DNA of 64,000 nucleotides from an uncultured Chloroflexia bacterium (lineage in GTDB: Bacteria; Chloroflexota; Chloroflexia; QHBQ01; JADMIH01). Shown here piece by piece: positions 51,137 through 61,139 of the stretch; positions within the stretch are counted from its first letter, which is position 1, and the number at the start of each line of letters is the position of its first letter. The translations under genes were made by a program, and so were the position numbers. The stretch is taken from the NCBI GenBank assembly GCA_963797095.1, contig CAWCNY010000006.1, positions 512,001 to 576,000 on the forward strand, read 5' to 3'. A model generated the notes under the pieces. It was not told where the DNA came from, did not search any database, and worked only from the letters and a program-made list of their open reading frames with translations.

Positions 51137-51137
51137 A

Positions 51138-51219
51138 CTGGTAGTCGGTAGTCGGTAGTCAGAACCCAGGAACCAGGAACTATCGGCCATCGTCTTCCGA
51201 CTACCAACTACCGACCACC
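51138..51219. repeat. Inverted pair of heptamer arrays (GGTAGTC / GACTACC)
   Basis: ggtagtcggtagtcggtagtc...ccgactaccaactaccgacc. Confidence 0.8.
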
Positions 51220-51223
51220 AAAA

Positions 51224-52420
51224 ATGCACATCGCCCTGGATTTCACCACAGGCATATACCCTGGCGCAGGGGTAGCGCGTTATACGCGCTCGCTCGTGGG
51301 CGCGCTGGCGCGGATCGATCCGGGTAACCGCTATTCATTGTTCTATGCAGCACGTGGTTTGCCAACCGGCACTCCTGAGGAAAGGCAGGCGGGAAAGCTC
51401 TTCGCGGAACATCCTAATTTCCGGCGCGTGCCTGTGCCAATGTCGGTAAGGCAAATGTTCGGCATGTGGCAGAGGCTTCGGATGCCCTTGCCCGCCGACC
51501 TCTTCACCGGGCGATGCGATGTGCTCCATTCGCCCGATTTCGTATCGCCGCCGCACCGAAGCGGGGCCGACGTAATCACAGTTCACGATATGTCGTTCAT
51601 GGTTGTGCCCGAATGCGCTCAGCCCAGGCTGGCAAAGTTCCTGGGAGGGGCTGTGCCCAGGGCGGTTGAACGCGCCGACCGGATCATCGCCGTATCCCAC
51701 CAGACGAAGCGGGACCTTGTGCGGCTGCTGGGCGTGCCCGAGACGAAGGTGGTGATAGCACATAACGGAATAGACCCCTGGATTGCAGGATGGAGCATGC
51801 GGAAGGCGGAATTGGGACTGGAGGAACTTGAGCGAGAGGAGGCGCGTTTGCGGGTGAAACTGGGGCTTCCCAACCGGTTTATCTTGCACGTAGGCACGCT
51901 GGAGCCTCGGAAGAACCTCGTGCGGCTGATCGAGGGGTACGAGCAGGCTGTGCGGGGGCTGGATGAAGATGTGGCGCTGGTGTTGGCCGGGCGTAAGGGC
52001 TGGCTGTACGAGCCGATACTGGCGGCAGCCGAGCGCGTGAACGACGGCGGGAGCGGAGCCAGGGTGATATTTGTGGACTTCATTCACGACGACGAACTGC
52101 CGATGCTCTATAATATGGCCGAAGTGTTCGCCTACCCAAGTTTGTACGAGGGGTTTGGACTGCCGGTGGCCGAGGCCATGATGTGCGGAACACCCACGCT
52201 TGTATCCGAGGATGGAGCGCTGGAGGAAGTGGCAGGGGACGCGGCGGTGCGCGTGGAAGCGAAATCGGTGGAGAGCATAGCAAACGGGCTGCGGCGGCTC
52301 TTGGATGATGATGCTTTGAGGGCTGAATTGTCAGCTAAAGGGCCGAAACAGGTGGCGGGTTTTACCTGGGAGGCGGCGGCTCAAAAGGTGCTGGAGGTCT
52401 ATTGGAGCTTTGGACCGTGA
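51224..52420 (+). CDS. Glycosyltransferase family 4 (GT-B)
   Basis: GVARY, TVHD, VGTLEPRKN, YPSLYEGFGLPVAEAM. Confidence 0.93.
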   Translation: MHIALDFTTGIYPGAGVARYTRSLVGALARIDPGNRYSLFYAARGLPTGTPEERQAGKLFAEHPNFRRVPVPMSVRQMFGMWQRLRMPLPADLFTGRCDVLHSPDFVSPPHRSGADVITVHDMSFMVVPECAQPRLAKFLGGAVPRAVERADRIIAVSHQTKRDLVRLLGVPETKVVIAHNGIDPWIAGWSMRKAELGLEELEREEARLRVKLGLPNRFILHVGTLEPRKNLVRLIEGYEQAVRGLDEDVALVLAGRKGWLYEPILAAAERVNDGGSGARVIFVDFIHDDELPMLYNMAEVFAYPSLYEGFGLPVAEAMMCGTPTLVSEDGALEEVAGDAAVRVEAKSVESIANGLRRLLDDDALRAELSAKGPKQVAGFTWEAAAQKVLEVYWSFGP

Positions 52421-52470
52421 GATTTTGGACCGTGAGATACGTTTTGCGCTGGTTGTTGGGATAGAGTGCG

Positions 52471-52989
52471 ATGGATAGCAAGCAAGAGCAGGATCAAGAC
52501 CCATTCGATAGGCTTTACAGCCGGTGGGCGAATCACGCGCTCGATAGGCGGCTCGATCCGCCTTCACGCGAGCGGTGGGACGCTACCGTGCTCTTCTTGC
52601 TGTCGAGTGAGGACCCGGAGCGGATGGCCCGATACAGGGACATTGGGTTGGGCCGCGGCGAGAGCCTGGGGGCCGATGCTTACGAATTATGGGCCAAGAC
52701 GCCTGACTATTTCGAGAATAAATCGGCTCATATGAAGACACAGCGCGAACTGAATGAATATGAGCAAACCCACAGAGGCTCGATGCGCTCACTGATGGAG
52801 GCACGGGGCCTCGGCGACCGCTACAGGGCTATGGTCGAGAGGCAGGTCGAATACGACCGGGTGCGGAAGGAGAAGGCGAAGCGCGCTCAGAACAGAATCC
52901 TGGTCATGGGATGCGCGGGGATGGGCACGATTTTACTTATGATGCTGGTGGTTTTCCTGATAATCGCCCTGCAACTGGTGGGCAACTAA
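52471..52989 (+). CDS. Hypothetical protein with a single C-terminal TM helix
   Basis: 172-aa ORF packed between the GT4 and flippase genes. Confidence 0.6.
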   Translation: MDSKQEQDQDPFDRLYSRWANHALDRRLDPPSRERWDATVLFLLSSEDPERMARYRDIGLGRGESLGADAYELWAKTPDYFENKSAHMKTQRELNEYEQTHRGSMRSLMEARGLGDRYRAMVERQVEYDRVRKEKAKRAQNRILVMGCAGMGTILLMMLVVFLIIALQLVGN

Positions 52990-52992
52990 TCA

Positions 52993-54573
52993 ATGGAAGA
53001 GAGCGCCGGGTCTGTGCGACGGGTGGCGGCCAATACGCTCAACCCGCTGGCGGCGCAGATCTTTACCAAGTTCATCAGCATGGGATACGGGGTGGTGCAG
53101 TACCGAGTACTGGGCGCTGATCGGGGCGGCGTGCTCGGTGACTATTTCCTGGCGGGCCTGGTGCTCCTGTACGCAGGTACAATCTCGGAGTGGGGTCTTG
53201 GCACTCTACTAACCCGCGAGGTAGCGCGAGAACGCGGGCCGGGCGACGCGACCCATGGCGGACTGGTGACGCGGCTCTTTACTCAAACCCTGGCGCTGCG
53301 GCTGCTGCTCAGCCTGGGCCTCTTTGTGCCCGTCGGAATCTTCCTGCTCCTGTATAGAGGTTTGTTTGGCTATACCGACCTGTCCAGCCTGAGCGAAGCA
53401 GGAGCATGGGCTGCCCTCATCCTGACTGCCTCATTGCTGCCTGGCGCTCTGTCGGGCACGATCACCTCGGTGCTTTACGCCTATGAGCGGATGACGCTGC
53501 CCGCGCTGGTCGGCATCGGCACTCTTGCGCTCAATGTTGGGCTTGGGTTGGGCGCTCTGCTGCTCGGCTGGGGGGTGGTAGGGCTTGCGCTGGCCTCCCT
53601 GCTGGCGACCTGCGTCACAGCGTTTGTCTTCTGGCGAATCCTGCGCAGGGAGTTGCCTGAGGTAATAGAGGGCCTGTCGCTAGTGAAGCTGCGCATCGAG
53701 CGGAACGTAGCGACCTCATTACTTGTAACCGGGTGGCCCTTGTTGCTCAACGGGCTGCTGGTTGCCCTCTTCTTTCGGGTGGACCAGTTCATCATCAAGC
53801 CGGTGATGGGCGGACTGGGGGTCGAGCAATATAATGCCGCCTACCAGTACCTCAACTTCGTGCTTCTGATCACCCCTGCCGTCACGCTGGCCCTCTTTCC
53901 TCGGATGTCGCGGCACGCGCGGGATGACCTGCCGAGGCTGGCCCGAGAGTACAATTTCGCCCTGAAACTGCTGCTAGCGCTATCGGGCTTGATCCTGGTA
54001 GTGACCGTGTGGTTCGCACCCCTCCTTGTGACGATAGTGACAGGCGGCAAAGAGGGCTACCTGCCCGAATCTGCGGTGGCTTTGCAGATTTTGATATTCT
54101 TCCTTCCGCTTAGCTTTGTGAACGGGGTTACCCAGTATGTGTTGATCGCCCTCGATAAGCAGAGATTGATCACGCGGGCATTCGCTCTCACGCTGGTGTT
54201 CAACCTGGCGGCGAACCTGGTGCTGATACCGCTGATGGGCATCTACGGGGCCTCCCTTGTGACCGTATTGAGTGAGATCGTGTTGCTTGTGCCCTTCACA
54301 CTGTGGGTGAGTCGAGAGTTGAAATCGGCCAGCGGCGGTCCTGATCTCAAGATGGCCTGGAAACCCCTGGCAGCAGGAGTCGTGACGGGCGCGCTCATGT
54401 ACGCGGTATGGATCGTATTCGCCGCCTGGAACCGTGACCTCCCAAGCCTGGGAATCTACGTAGGCGTGGGCGCGCTGCTGGCCCTGGTTTATATAGGCCT
54501 GTTGCTGGCGTTGCGCCCCTTTACAACTGAGGAGATTGGCGCGCTGGCTCGTCTTGTGCGCAGAAGCCAGTAA
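52993..54573 (+). CDS. Wzx/RfbX-type oligosaccharide flippase (MOP superfamily)
   Basis: EWGLGTLLTREVAR, FFRVD, ALFPRMSR, NLAANLVLIP..GA. Confidence 0.88.
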   Translation: MEESAGSVRRVAANTLNPLAAQIFTKFISMGYGVVQYRVLGADRGGVLGDYFLAGLVLLYAGTISEWGLGTLLTREVARERGPGDATHGGLVTRLFTQTLALRLLLSLGLFVPVGIFLLLYRGLFGYTDLSSLSEAGAWAALILTASLLPGALSGTITSVLYAYERMTLPALVGIGTLALNVGLGLGALLLGWGVVGLALASLLATCVTAFVFWRILRRELPEVIEGLSLVKLRIERNVATSLLVTGWPLLLNGLLVALFFRVDQFIIKPVMGGLGVEQYNAAYQYLNFVLLITPAVTLALFPRMSRHARDDLPRLAREYNFALKLLLALSGLILVVTVWFAPLLVTIVTGGKEGYLPESAVALQILIFFLPLSFVNGVTQYVLIALDKQRLITRAFALTLVFNLAANLVLIPLMGIYGASLVTVLSEIVLLVPFTLWVSRELKSASGGPDLKMAWKPLAAGVVTGALMYAVWIVFAAWNRDLPSLGIYVGVGALLALVYIGLLLALRPFTTEEIGALARLVRRSQ

Positions 54574-54625
54574 TATCTGCTCTGCATCGCGCTTTTGCCT
54601 GTCCGGTTGGTTTGAGGTCGCGCTG

Positions 54626-56548
54626 CTACGGAATACAAGCCAGGTGCGCCGGCGACGTCTCTGCCGGGATCGTGCAAGGATAGCCGGTCGTTACGAAGTA
54701 AAACCGCACGCGGAATTGAACCGTGGCCGGAGGGAAGCTGCCACAGAAGGAGCCTGAAATGCGGCCCTGCCCAGGTAACAGGTTGCTTGTACCGTGATCC
54801 GTGTCCACTACCTGGAAACCGCCTGTCAGCGTTCTGACTTGCAATTCAGCGACCCAATCCGCCTGCACGCTCTCCTGGCTTCCGTTAGTGACAGTAGCGG
54901 CCCAGTTAGCGCAGCTAGATGGCCCACACGAGACATCGATATTCCCATTGATACTTAGATCGCAGACCGTTCCCAGCACAGGTGTTGGTGATGGTGCGGG
55001 GCTTGTCGGGCTGGGGACGATAGTAGGCGTCTTTGTATAGGTTGGAGGGGCTGGCGTGACTGTTGGCGGGGGAGGCGCTTTCGTGGCGGTCGGTGTTGGC
55101 GGCGGCATTGTATTCGTGGGCGAAGGCGCGACTGTGGAAGTGGGGTTCGGCGAAGTCGGCGTGCTGGTTGGCGTATTGGTTGGTGTATTCGTGGGTGTGT
55201 TAGTAGGTAGCGGCCTGGTGGCAGTTGGCTTCACTGGCGCGGGTTTGTTCGTGGGGGTAGCAGGTTCGAGGGGCGCTGGTGTGAAAGTAGGCTCAACAGT
55301 GGCGACCGGTGGAACCGGGGTGTCGGGCGGCTCGGTCGCGGGCACGCGGGTAGGGCTTGAGATCGGCGGGCTTGTAGGGCTGGAGTCAGGCCCCGGGGTG
55401 TCTGCCGGGCCTGTGTTAGGCGTTGGCGTTTCGGTGGGTGGCCTGACGGTAGTGGAGGTTTTTGTGGCCTTCGGCGGGACATAAACGGGCGTGGAACTTG
55501 CCCGCGGAAGACTCGTAGTGGACGTTGCCGTAATCGTTGAGGTTTCCTCGCTCGTAGGCATCGTAATCGTGGGTTCTGGCGTAGCTGTATGTTCGATAAC
55601 TACGATAGGAGGCTGTGTTGGCTGGATCGTTAGTTGGATGGCAGGGGCCGGCGTGGGTATGCTGCTTGACGCCACCGCTACCGGCGTCAGCAGACCCGTA
55701 TTATCGCTGCCGCTGATCACACCTGCCGGACTGACGCCCAGGGCGGCAAGCGCCTGCGCCGCGCTGTTGCTTATATCTGCGACTCGTGCCTGGATTTGCT
55801 GCACAGTGTCCCGGACGCTTTGCGAGAGTGCTCCCTGGTCGACCGCAATACTGTCGAGCGTGATTTTACCGGCAAAGCAGGTCCTGTATATCTGTTCGGT
55901 GACATGCGTCCGATCTTCGCCTTCCGGAAGACTCTGCCTGATATTGTCGGAGGCAGTCACATTGCGTAAGAAACTATCCAGAGCGGGCCCCGCCTGCGCC
56001 AGCTCATGCATCTCCTGCAGGGTGCGCAGGTCATAAAGGCGGGCGTTGGCAATGTTGGTGTTCTGGATGGCCTTGCTCGCCGGATCGCTGGTGAGATTCA
56101 GCATTATATTTTCGGAGGCAAGTTTGACACTATAGAAGGGGCTGCCGGGCAACGAGCGAGTGGACGACCACCACACGAAGGCCACCAGCAAGATAGCTGC
56201 GGCTGCACTTATCAGCCCTGGGCGCAGGAACCAGGGAAGAGGCCGGGCCGGACGGCGGGTGGTGACTCCAGGGGCAGGCTTAGGTGCCACCTCTACGGGG
56301 TGGCTGCCCCTTTCCTGCAAAGACGCCCCTCGATCCGACGCCGCTGACATGAGTCGCGCCTTCATCGCGTCGCGGTGAGCAGCCGGGACCGGTGGTGGCA
56401 CCAGGTTGGCTAGGTCGTGGGCGATGCCAAGCAGCGGCTCAAGCTTGTCCCGGTATTGGGGAAACTTATCGAGCAATTCTTGCGCGCTGAGACCTTCCGG
56501 GTTCTCCAGACAGTAATCAAGCGCTTCTTGTATGCTCAGTGGTTCCAA
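54626..56548 (-). CDS. Putative anti-sigma factor (DUF5667/RsbN-like) with long Pro/Thr stalk and C-terminal Cys-containing beta domain
   Basis: N-terminal ASD-like segment, TM, SLPGSPFYSVKLASE; directly downstream of ECF sigma. Confidence 0.75.
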   Translation of the reverse strand: MEPLSIQEALDYCLENPEGLSAQELLDKFPQYRDKLEPLLGIAHDLANLVPPPVPAAHRDAMKARLMSAASDRGASLQERGSHPVEVAPKPAPGVTTRRPARPLPWFLRPGLISAAAAILLVAFVWWSSTRSLPGSPFYSVKLASENIMLNLTSDPASKAIQNTNIANARLYDLRTLQEMHELAQAGPALDSFLRNVTASDNIRQSLPEGEDRTHVTEQIYRTCFAGKITLDSIAVDQGALSQSVRDTVQQIQARVADISNSAAQALAALGVSPAGVISGSDNTGLLTPVAVASSSIPTPAPAIQLTIQPTQPPIVVIEHTATPEPTITMPTSEETSTITATSTTSLPRASSTPVYVPPKATKTSTTVRPPTETPTPNTGPADTPGPDSSPTSPPISSPTRVPATEPPDTPVPPVATVEPTFTPAPLEPATPTNKPAPVKPTATRPLPTNTPTNTPTNTPTSTPTSPNPTSTVAPSPTNTMPPPTPTATKAPPPPTVTPAPPTYTKTPTIVPSPTSPAPSPTPVLGTVCDLSINGNIDVSCGPSSCANWAATVTNGSQESVQADWVAELQVRTLTGGFQVVDTDHGTSNLLPGQGRISGSFCGSFPPATVQFRVRFYFVTTGYPCTIPAETSPAHLACIP

Positions 56549-56623
56549 TTTCAGCCTGCTTTTCCAGTCGTTAGTTGCCGGTTGCCCAGTTCGATGTTTG
56601 GGCAGGAGCAGCTTTCGGGCGGC

Positions 56624-57268
56624 TTAAGGATAGCCCCTCTTCGATAAGAGCTTTCGCAGATTATCCAACGCGCTATGTTGAAGCGCTTTGACCGCGCCCT
56701 CTGTACGGTCGAGAATCACGGCCACCTCTTGATTGCTGAGGCCTGCGACGAACTTGAGGGCGATCACCTGGGCCTGAAGATCGGTCAGCAGGTCCATCGA
56801 TTCGAGGATATGGTTGCGCAGGTCGCTTCGCTCGGCGAGGTGGTGGGGGTCGTCATGTTCGGAAGGTAGGCTATCGCCTGCGGGTTCGAGAGGTACTTGA
56901 GGGCGGCGGTTCCTGCGCCGGTGCGCATCGATAATGAGATTATGAGCAATGCGGTAGAGCCATGCTGCGAAGGTGTAGCCCTGTGGCTCGTAACCGCCAA
57001 TCGATTCGATCATTTTCAGGAATACCTGTTCGGTCAGGTCTTCGGTCTCTGTGATGTCACCGACCTTGATGTAAACGTAGCGATAGAGGCGGTCGAAGTA
57101 CCGTTCATAAAGCCAGCCAATAGCCTCGGGGTTGCTCCCGCGCGCGCTTTCTATGGCCTCGCGTTCGTCCTCGAAAGGTGCGTGGCGTGCCAAGTCCCAC
57201 TCCTGTCCTTTCCATCTTCTTGCGCTGTATACCGGAAGATACAGCGCTGTGGGCGACAAGGCCACCAT
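56624..57268 (-). CDS. ECF RNA polymerase sigma factor (start may lie further downstream)
   Basis: LYERYFDRLYRY, TEDLTEQVF, AWLYRIAHN, GAVKALQH. Confidence 0.92.
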   Translation of the reverse strand: MVALSPTALYLPVYSARRWKGQEWDLARHAPFEDEREAIESARGSNPEAIGWLYERYFDRLYRYVYIKVGDITETEDLTEQVFLKMIESIGGYEPQGYTFAAWLYRIAHNLIIDAHRRRNRRPQVPLEPAGDSLPSEHDDPHHLAERSDLRNHILESMDLLTDLQAQVIALKFVAGLSNQEVAVILDRTEGAVKALQHSALDNLRKLLSKRGYP

Positions 57269-57509
57269 CCTAAGCTTGCACCACGGGGCAAACTACGGCT
57301 GGATCGGGGCAAAGAGCATCAACTCGCCACAGCCCGAAGAACTGAAACGCACGAGCAAATGCATCGAGCAGAAGAGTGGGAGCAGGCTCGCACGCCCGAC
57401 GAGCCGCACAGGTGCGCGACCTATGCAAAGATTATAACGTTTTGACGCGCCAGGAGATAGGGATTTGCAACACGATGAACAGTAGCTACGTTGAAACGCG
57501 TCGTTATGG

Positions 57510-58463
57510 CTACGAAAGTTCGCTCTGCCAGCGCACCTGATTCGTGAGGCCTTCGAGTAATGTGACCTGAGGTATAAACCCGAGGTGCTCGCGGGCGAGG
57601 GCGGTATCGGCCAGGGTGCGGCTCTGCTCGCCGGGGCGTGGCGGCGCGTGGTGCACATTCGCGCGCTTGCCTGTGATCCCTTCCAGGAGCGAGATCACCT
57701 GGTTGGCGCTTATCTCCTCCGACCCACCCAGGTTGTAAATAGCTCCACGCCGGAATTTGCTATACGAGAGGAAGGTAGCACGTGCGATGTCCGTCGCATA
57801 GGTGTTGCCCCGTAACTGGTTGCCATCCCCGAACACGGTTATAGGTTTGCCATGCAGGATGCTGTCTATGAAGATGTAGTAGCCCATATCGGGGCGCTGG
57901 CGCGGGCCGAACACCGAAAAATAGCGCAGGATGGTGGATGGCACGTCAAACTGGTGGTCGTAGGTCTGGACCAGGTGCTCTCCCGCCAGCTTGGTGATCC
58001 CATACGGTGATACCGGTTGGGCAGGGGTCGATTCGGGGCCTGTGACGTTGCTGCCGTAAATGCTGGATGTGCTGGCATGGATGAACCGGCGCACGCCCCC
58101 TGCCTGCCGCACCGCTTCCAGCAGGCGTTGTGTAGCCTGGATATTGCAGGTCATATACAGATCGAAACGCGTCCAGGATAGGAGCAGGCCACCCATAGCG
58201 GCCAAATGAAACACACTGTTCACCCCTTCAAGGGCAGTCGAAAGATCGTCTGTCCGTAAGTCCAACTCATAGAAAGCAAAACGCGGGTGATCGCGGAAGG
58301 GGGCCAGATTGCTCTCCTTGACTGCGCGCGGGTAATAAGGAATAAAGGCATCAAGCCCCACAACCTCATGCCCCTCGGCGAGCAAAGTTTCGCAAAGATG
58401 AGAACCGATGAAGCCTGCGGCTCCGGTCACAAGCGATCTTGGTCTGGGTGTTTCAGATTGCAT
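57510..58463 (-). CDS. NAD-dependent nucleotide-sugar epimerase/dehydratase
   Basis: TGAAGFIG, YGITK, YFSVFGPRQRPDM; RBS before ATG 58463. Confidence 0.92.
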   Translation of the reverse strand: MQSETPRPRSLVTGAAGFIGSHLCETLLAEGHEVVGLDAFIPYYPRAVKESNLAPFRDHPRFAFYELDLRTDDLSTALEGVNSVFHLAAMGGLLLSWTRFDLYMTCNIQATQRLLEAVRQAGGVRRFIHASTSSIYGSNVTGPESTPAQPVSPYGITKLAGEHLVQTYDHQFDVPSTILRYFSVFGPRQRPDMGYYIFIDSILHGKPITVFGDGNQLRGNTYATDIARATFLSYSKFRRGAIYNLGGSEEISANQVISLLEGITGKRANVHHAPPRPGEQSRTLADTALAREHLGFIPQVTLLEGLTNQVRWQSELS

Positions 58464-58477
58464 AATGCCTTTCTTGG

Positions 58478-58568
58478 CGAGTGACGAGTGATCCACTGCA
58501 TATTGCGTACTTCGTACTGCGTATTCCACCCCTCATCGCTCGTCACTCGTCACTCGTCACTCGTCACT
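58478..58568. repeat. Heptamer arrays (GAGTGAC, GCGTACT, CTCGTCA) extending into the 3' end of the ligase gene
   Basis: ctcgtcactcgtcactcgtcactcgtcact. Confidence 0.8.
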
Positions 58569-60055
58569 GGCCGTCCATCGTCCGTCCTGAGCCATGCCAG
58601 CGTGAAGAGCGCCAGTGCTGCGCCCCAGTGGATACCCATGTTCAGGGCGTGGAGGTTCTCGAAGAAGTTGTGTGCGGCGAACGTGGCGAGAATACCGAGC
58701 GCGCCTATTACGACCGTCTCGCCGTAGGGGTCGCCACGCGCGCGGACACGGCGCAGGGCGCTATAACCCACGGCGAAGGCTGTGATCAGCATGATCATGT
58801 AACCTGCGAAGCCCACCAGGCCAACCTCGGCCAGCAGGTTGAGATAGTAGTTGTGGGCGTGGCCCCGTGAATAGGGCCACCCCTGGACGCCGAACTTGGT
58901 GAACAGGTCGTTGAAGTTGCCGATGCCCACGCCTGTGATCGGGCTTGATAGGAACATATTGCCCGCTACCTGCCAGTGTACCATGCGCTCCACAAGGGCA
59001 TAATCTTCGGGTGTGGGTACCACGCCTCGTGGGTCGAATATCTGTATCTGGCTGACCAGCAACCCGAACCGGTCCGAGATGACCGACGGGAGGGCATTCG
59101 CCTCAGCCAGGATCACCAGGAGAACTGATCCGGCCACGATAGCCACTATCGCGCCCCTGGCCCGCCTCCCAAGAGAAAAGACCATGACGAGGACGCCCAC
59201 CGCAAGCCCGATCCAGGCCCCGCGAGAGAGCGATGTGACCACCGTCCAGAAGAGGATGAGGGCTACAATCGTGAGGAGAACCGGCCCACGCAGGTAGCTC
59301 CATGCAACGAAATCGGGGCGTTCAAGTGGGTGGGCGGCCTTCCGGGCCGCAAACCACATTCCCCATTGGTAGGCCGCCAGTGCGAAGGCCAAAGGCACGC
59401 TCATGTTTATATATCCGGCGAATGAATTGGGCGCGCCTATCGTCCCATAAGCGCGTGTCAGCAGACCTGCCACATTGAAACTTTCAGGCCCTATGCCACT
59501 GTATGCCTGTACAAGGCCGAGCAGGGCTTCAGACATCCCCGCGACCAGCATTACGATGATCAGGCCGTTCATCTCGCGTCGCGTCTGTACTGAGTTCACA
59601 ATGATCAGGTAGGAGAGTATCGTGACCAGCCAGCGCGAGATTTCCGCAAGACTGTCGGGGAGCGAGGTGGTGCCCCACAGGCTGGGAAACGTCGTGATCA
59701 GGAAGAGGAAGAGGGTCACGCCGATGGGTGTGATATGGAGGCGGCGGTCGCTGCGGAGTGATATCCAACCCCACCAGATGCCAAGCACTAGCACAAACAG
59801 CACCTGCGTGAAGGTAATACCCCCCGGCAGTTCAACAACATCCTGCACGGGCACACTGAGAACAAGCGCGTAGGCCCCCCACACCGGTTTCTTCAGCAGC
59901 ACAACCAGTAGAATGACGCCTGCCACCAGGCCCACACTCACAAATGGTGGGGCCAGCCCCGCAATGGCGGCCAGCAGGATGCCCACAACCCAGATCCAGG
60001 CAGACCTTGGTGCTGGGATACTCACTCTAAATTTCCGCGTGATAGTTTGTGCCAA
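58550..60055 (-). CDS. O-antigen ligase/Wzy_C family membrane protein
   Basis: RAYGTIGAPN, SLSRGAW, ERMVHW..PITGVGIGNF, HAHNYYL. Confidence 0.88.
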   Translation of the reverse strand: MAQTITRKFRVSIPAPRSAWIWVVGILLAAIAGLAPPFVSVGLVAGVILLVVLLKKPVWGAYALVLSVPVQDVVELPGGITFTQVLFVLVLGIWWGWISLRSDRRLHITPIGVTLFLFLITTFPSLWGTTSLPDSLAEISRWLVTILSYLIIVNSVQTRREMNGLIIVMLVAGMSEALLGLVQAYSGIGPESFNVAGLLTRAYGTIGAPNSFAGYINMSVPLAFALAAYQWGMWFAARKAAHPLERPDFVAWSYLRGPVLLTIVALILFWTVVTSLSRGAWIGLAVGVLVMVFSLGRRARGAIVAIVAGSVLLVILAEANALPSVISDRFGLLVSQIQIFDPRGVVPTPEDYALVERMVHWQVAGNMFLSSPITGVGIGNFNDLFTKFGVQGWPYSRGHAHNYYLNLLAEVGLVGFAGYMIMLITAFAVGYSALRRVRARGDPYGETVVIGALGILATFAAHNFFENLHALNMGIHWGAALALFTLAWLRTDDGRPVTSDE

Positions 60056-60073
60056 GTGCTAAGCCTGTGAGGA

Positions 60074-60155
60074 TGGTAGTCGGTAGTCGGTAGTGGGAGG
60101 ACGATAGACCATAGACGATTGCAACCACGAACCACGAACCACGAACTAGGAACTA
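60074..60155. repeat. Heptamer arrays (GGTAGTC, ATAGACS, GAACCAC)
   Basis: ggtagtcggtagtcggtag...aaccacgaaccacgaaccacgaac. Confidence 0.75.
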
Positions 60156-61108
60156 CTGTCTATCGCCTGGAACCACTCAATAGTGGCCGGAAGGCCCTCT
60201 TCGAGCGGCACTTTGGGTTGCCAGCCCAGGTGAGTGGTGATGCGTGTTATGTCGGGGCACCGGCGGGCCGGGTCGTCCTGCAGGGCGGGCAGGAATCGCA
60301 GTTCGGAATCGGAATTGCAGAGCCTGCGTATTACTTCGGCGAAATCGAGGATTGTGCGCTCGTCCGGGTTGCCCACGTTGAACACCATGCCACGCGTGTC
60401 GTAGGGTGCGAACATGACCGCTATCAGGCCAGCAACCATATCGCTCACGTAGCAATAAGAGCGCGTCTGGCTGCCGTCGCCGTAGATCGTGATCGGCTCA
60501 CCGCGTAGCGACTGCGTGATAAAGTTGGGTACCGAGCGGCCATCCTTGGGGTTCATGCGAGGGCCGTAAGTATTGAAAATCCGCACGATGCGTCCGTCGA
60601 GGCCGTTTTCCCGCACATAGATCGACGTAATAGCCTCCCCGAAGCGTTTCCCTTCGTCGTAGCATGCGCGTGGACCTGTAGTGTTTACGTTCCCGTTGTA
60701 CTCCTCTTTTTGAGGGTGTACATCCGGGTCTCCATATGCTTCGGAGGTAGAGGTGATCAGGTATTTTGCCCTGTGCTTGAGAGCCAGCGCCAGCACATTG
60801 TTCGTCCCCTGCGAGTTGATCATCGCGATCTGGAGTGGCATCTTGCTGAAATCGGCGGGCGAAGCGGGGCTGGCAAGATGGAACAGCGCATCGATCTTGT
60901 CCAATGCCTCGAACTCCGGCGTGTCCATGGGGTGGCAAATGTCGTGTTCCAGCAGGTGGAAATTGGGGCTGTGATTCAGGTGGACGATGTTTTGACGGTT
61001 GCCCGTCAGAAAGTTATCGACTGCGGTGACCGAATGTCCCTGTGCCACGAGCGCGTCGCAGAGGTGGGAGCCGATGAAGCCAGCGCCGCCGGTGACTACT
61101 ATGTGCAA
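60146..61108 (-). CDS. UDP-glucuronate decarboxylase (UDP-xylose synthase) family
   Basis: TGGAGFIGSHL, HLASPASP, TSEAYGDP, RACYDEGKR, RIFNTYGPRM. Confidence 0.92.
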   Translation of the reverse strand: MHIVVTGGAGFIGSHLCDALVAQGHSVTAVDNFLTGNRQNIVHLNHSPNFHLLEHDICHPMDTPEFEALDKIDALFHLASPASPADFSKMPLQIAMINSQGTNNVLALALKHRAKYLITSTSEAYGDPDVHPQKEEYNGNVNTTGPRACYDEGKRFGEAITSIYVRENGLDGRIVRIFNTYGPRMNPKDGRSVPNFITQSLRGEPITIYGDGSQTRSYCYVSDMVAGLIAVMFAPYDTRGMVFNVGNPDERTILDFAEVIRRLCNSDSELRFLPALQDDPARRCPDITRITTHLGWQPKVPLEEGLPATIEWFQAIDSSS

Positions 61109-61139
61109 AGTGTTTGCCTCCGATGCGAAATCAAATCTA

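Noticed and set aside
58464-58529. N-terminal extensions predicted for the epimerase (and truB 27096-27143)
   Set aside because: They are translations of heptamer repeat arrays; better starts lie downstream
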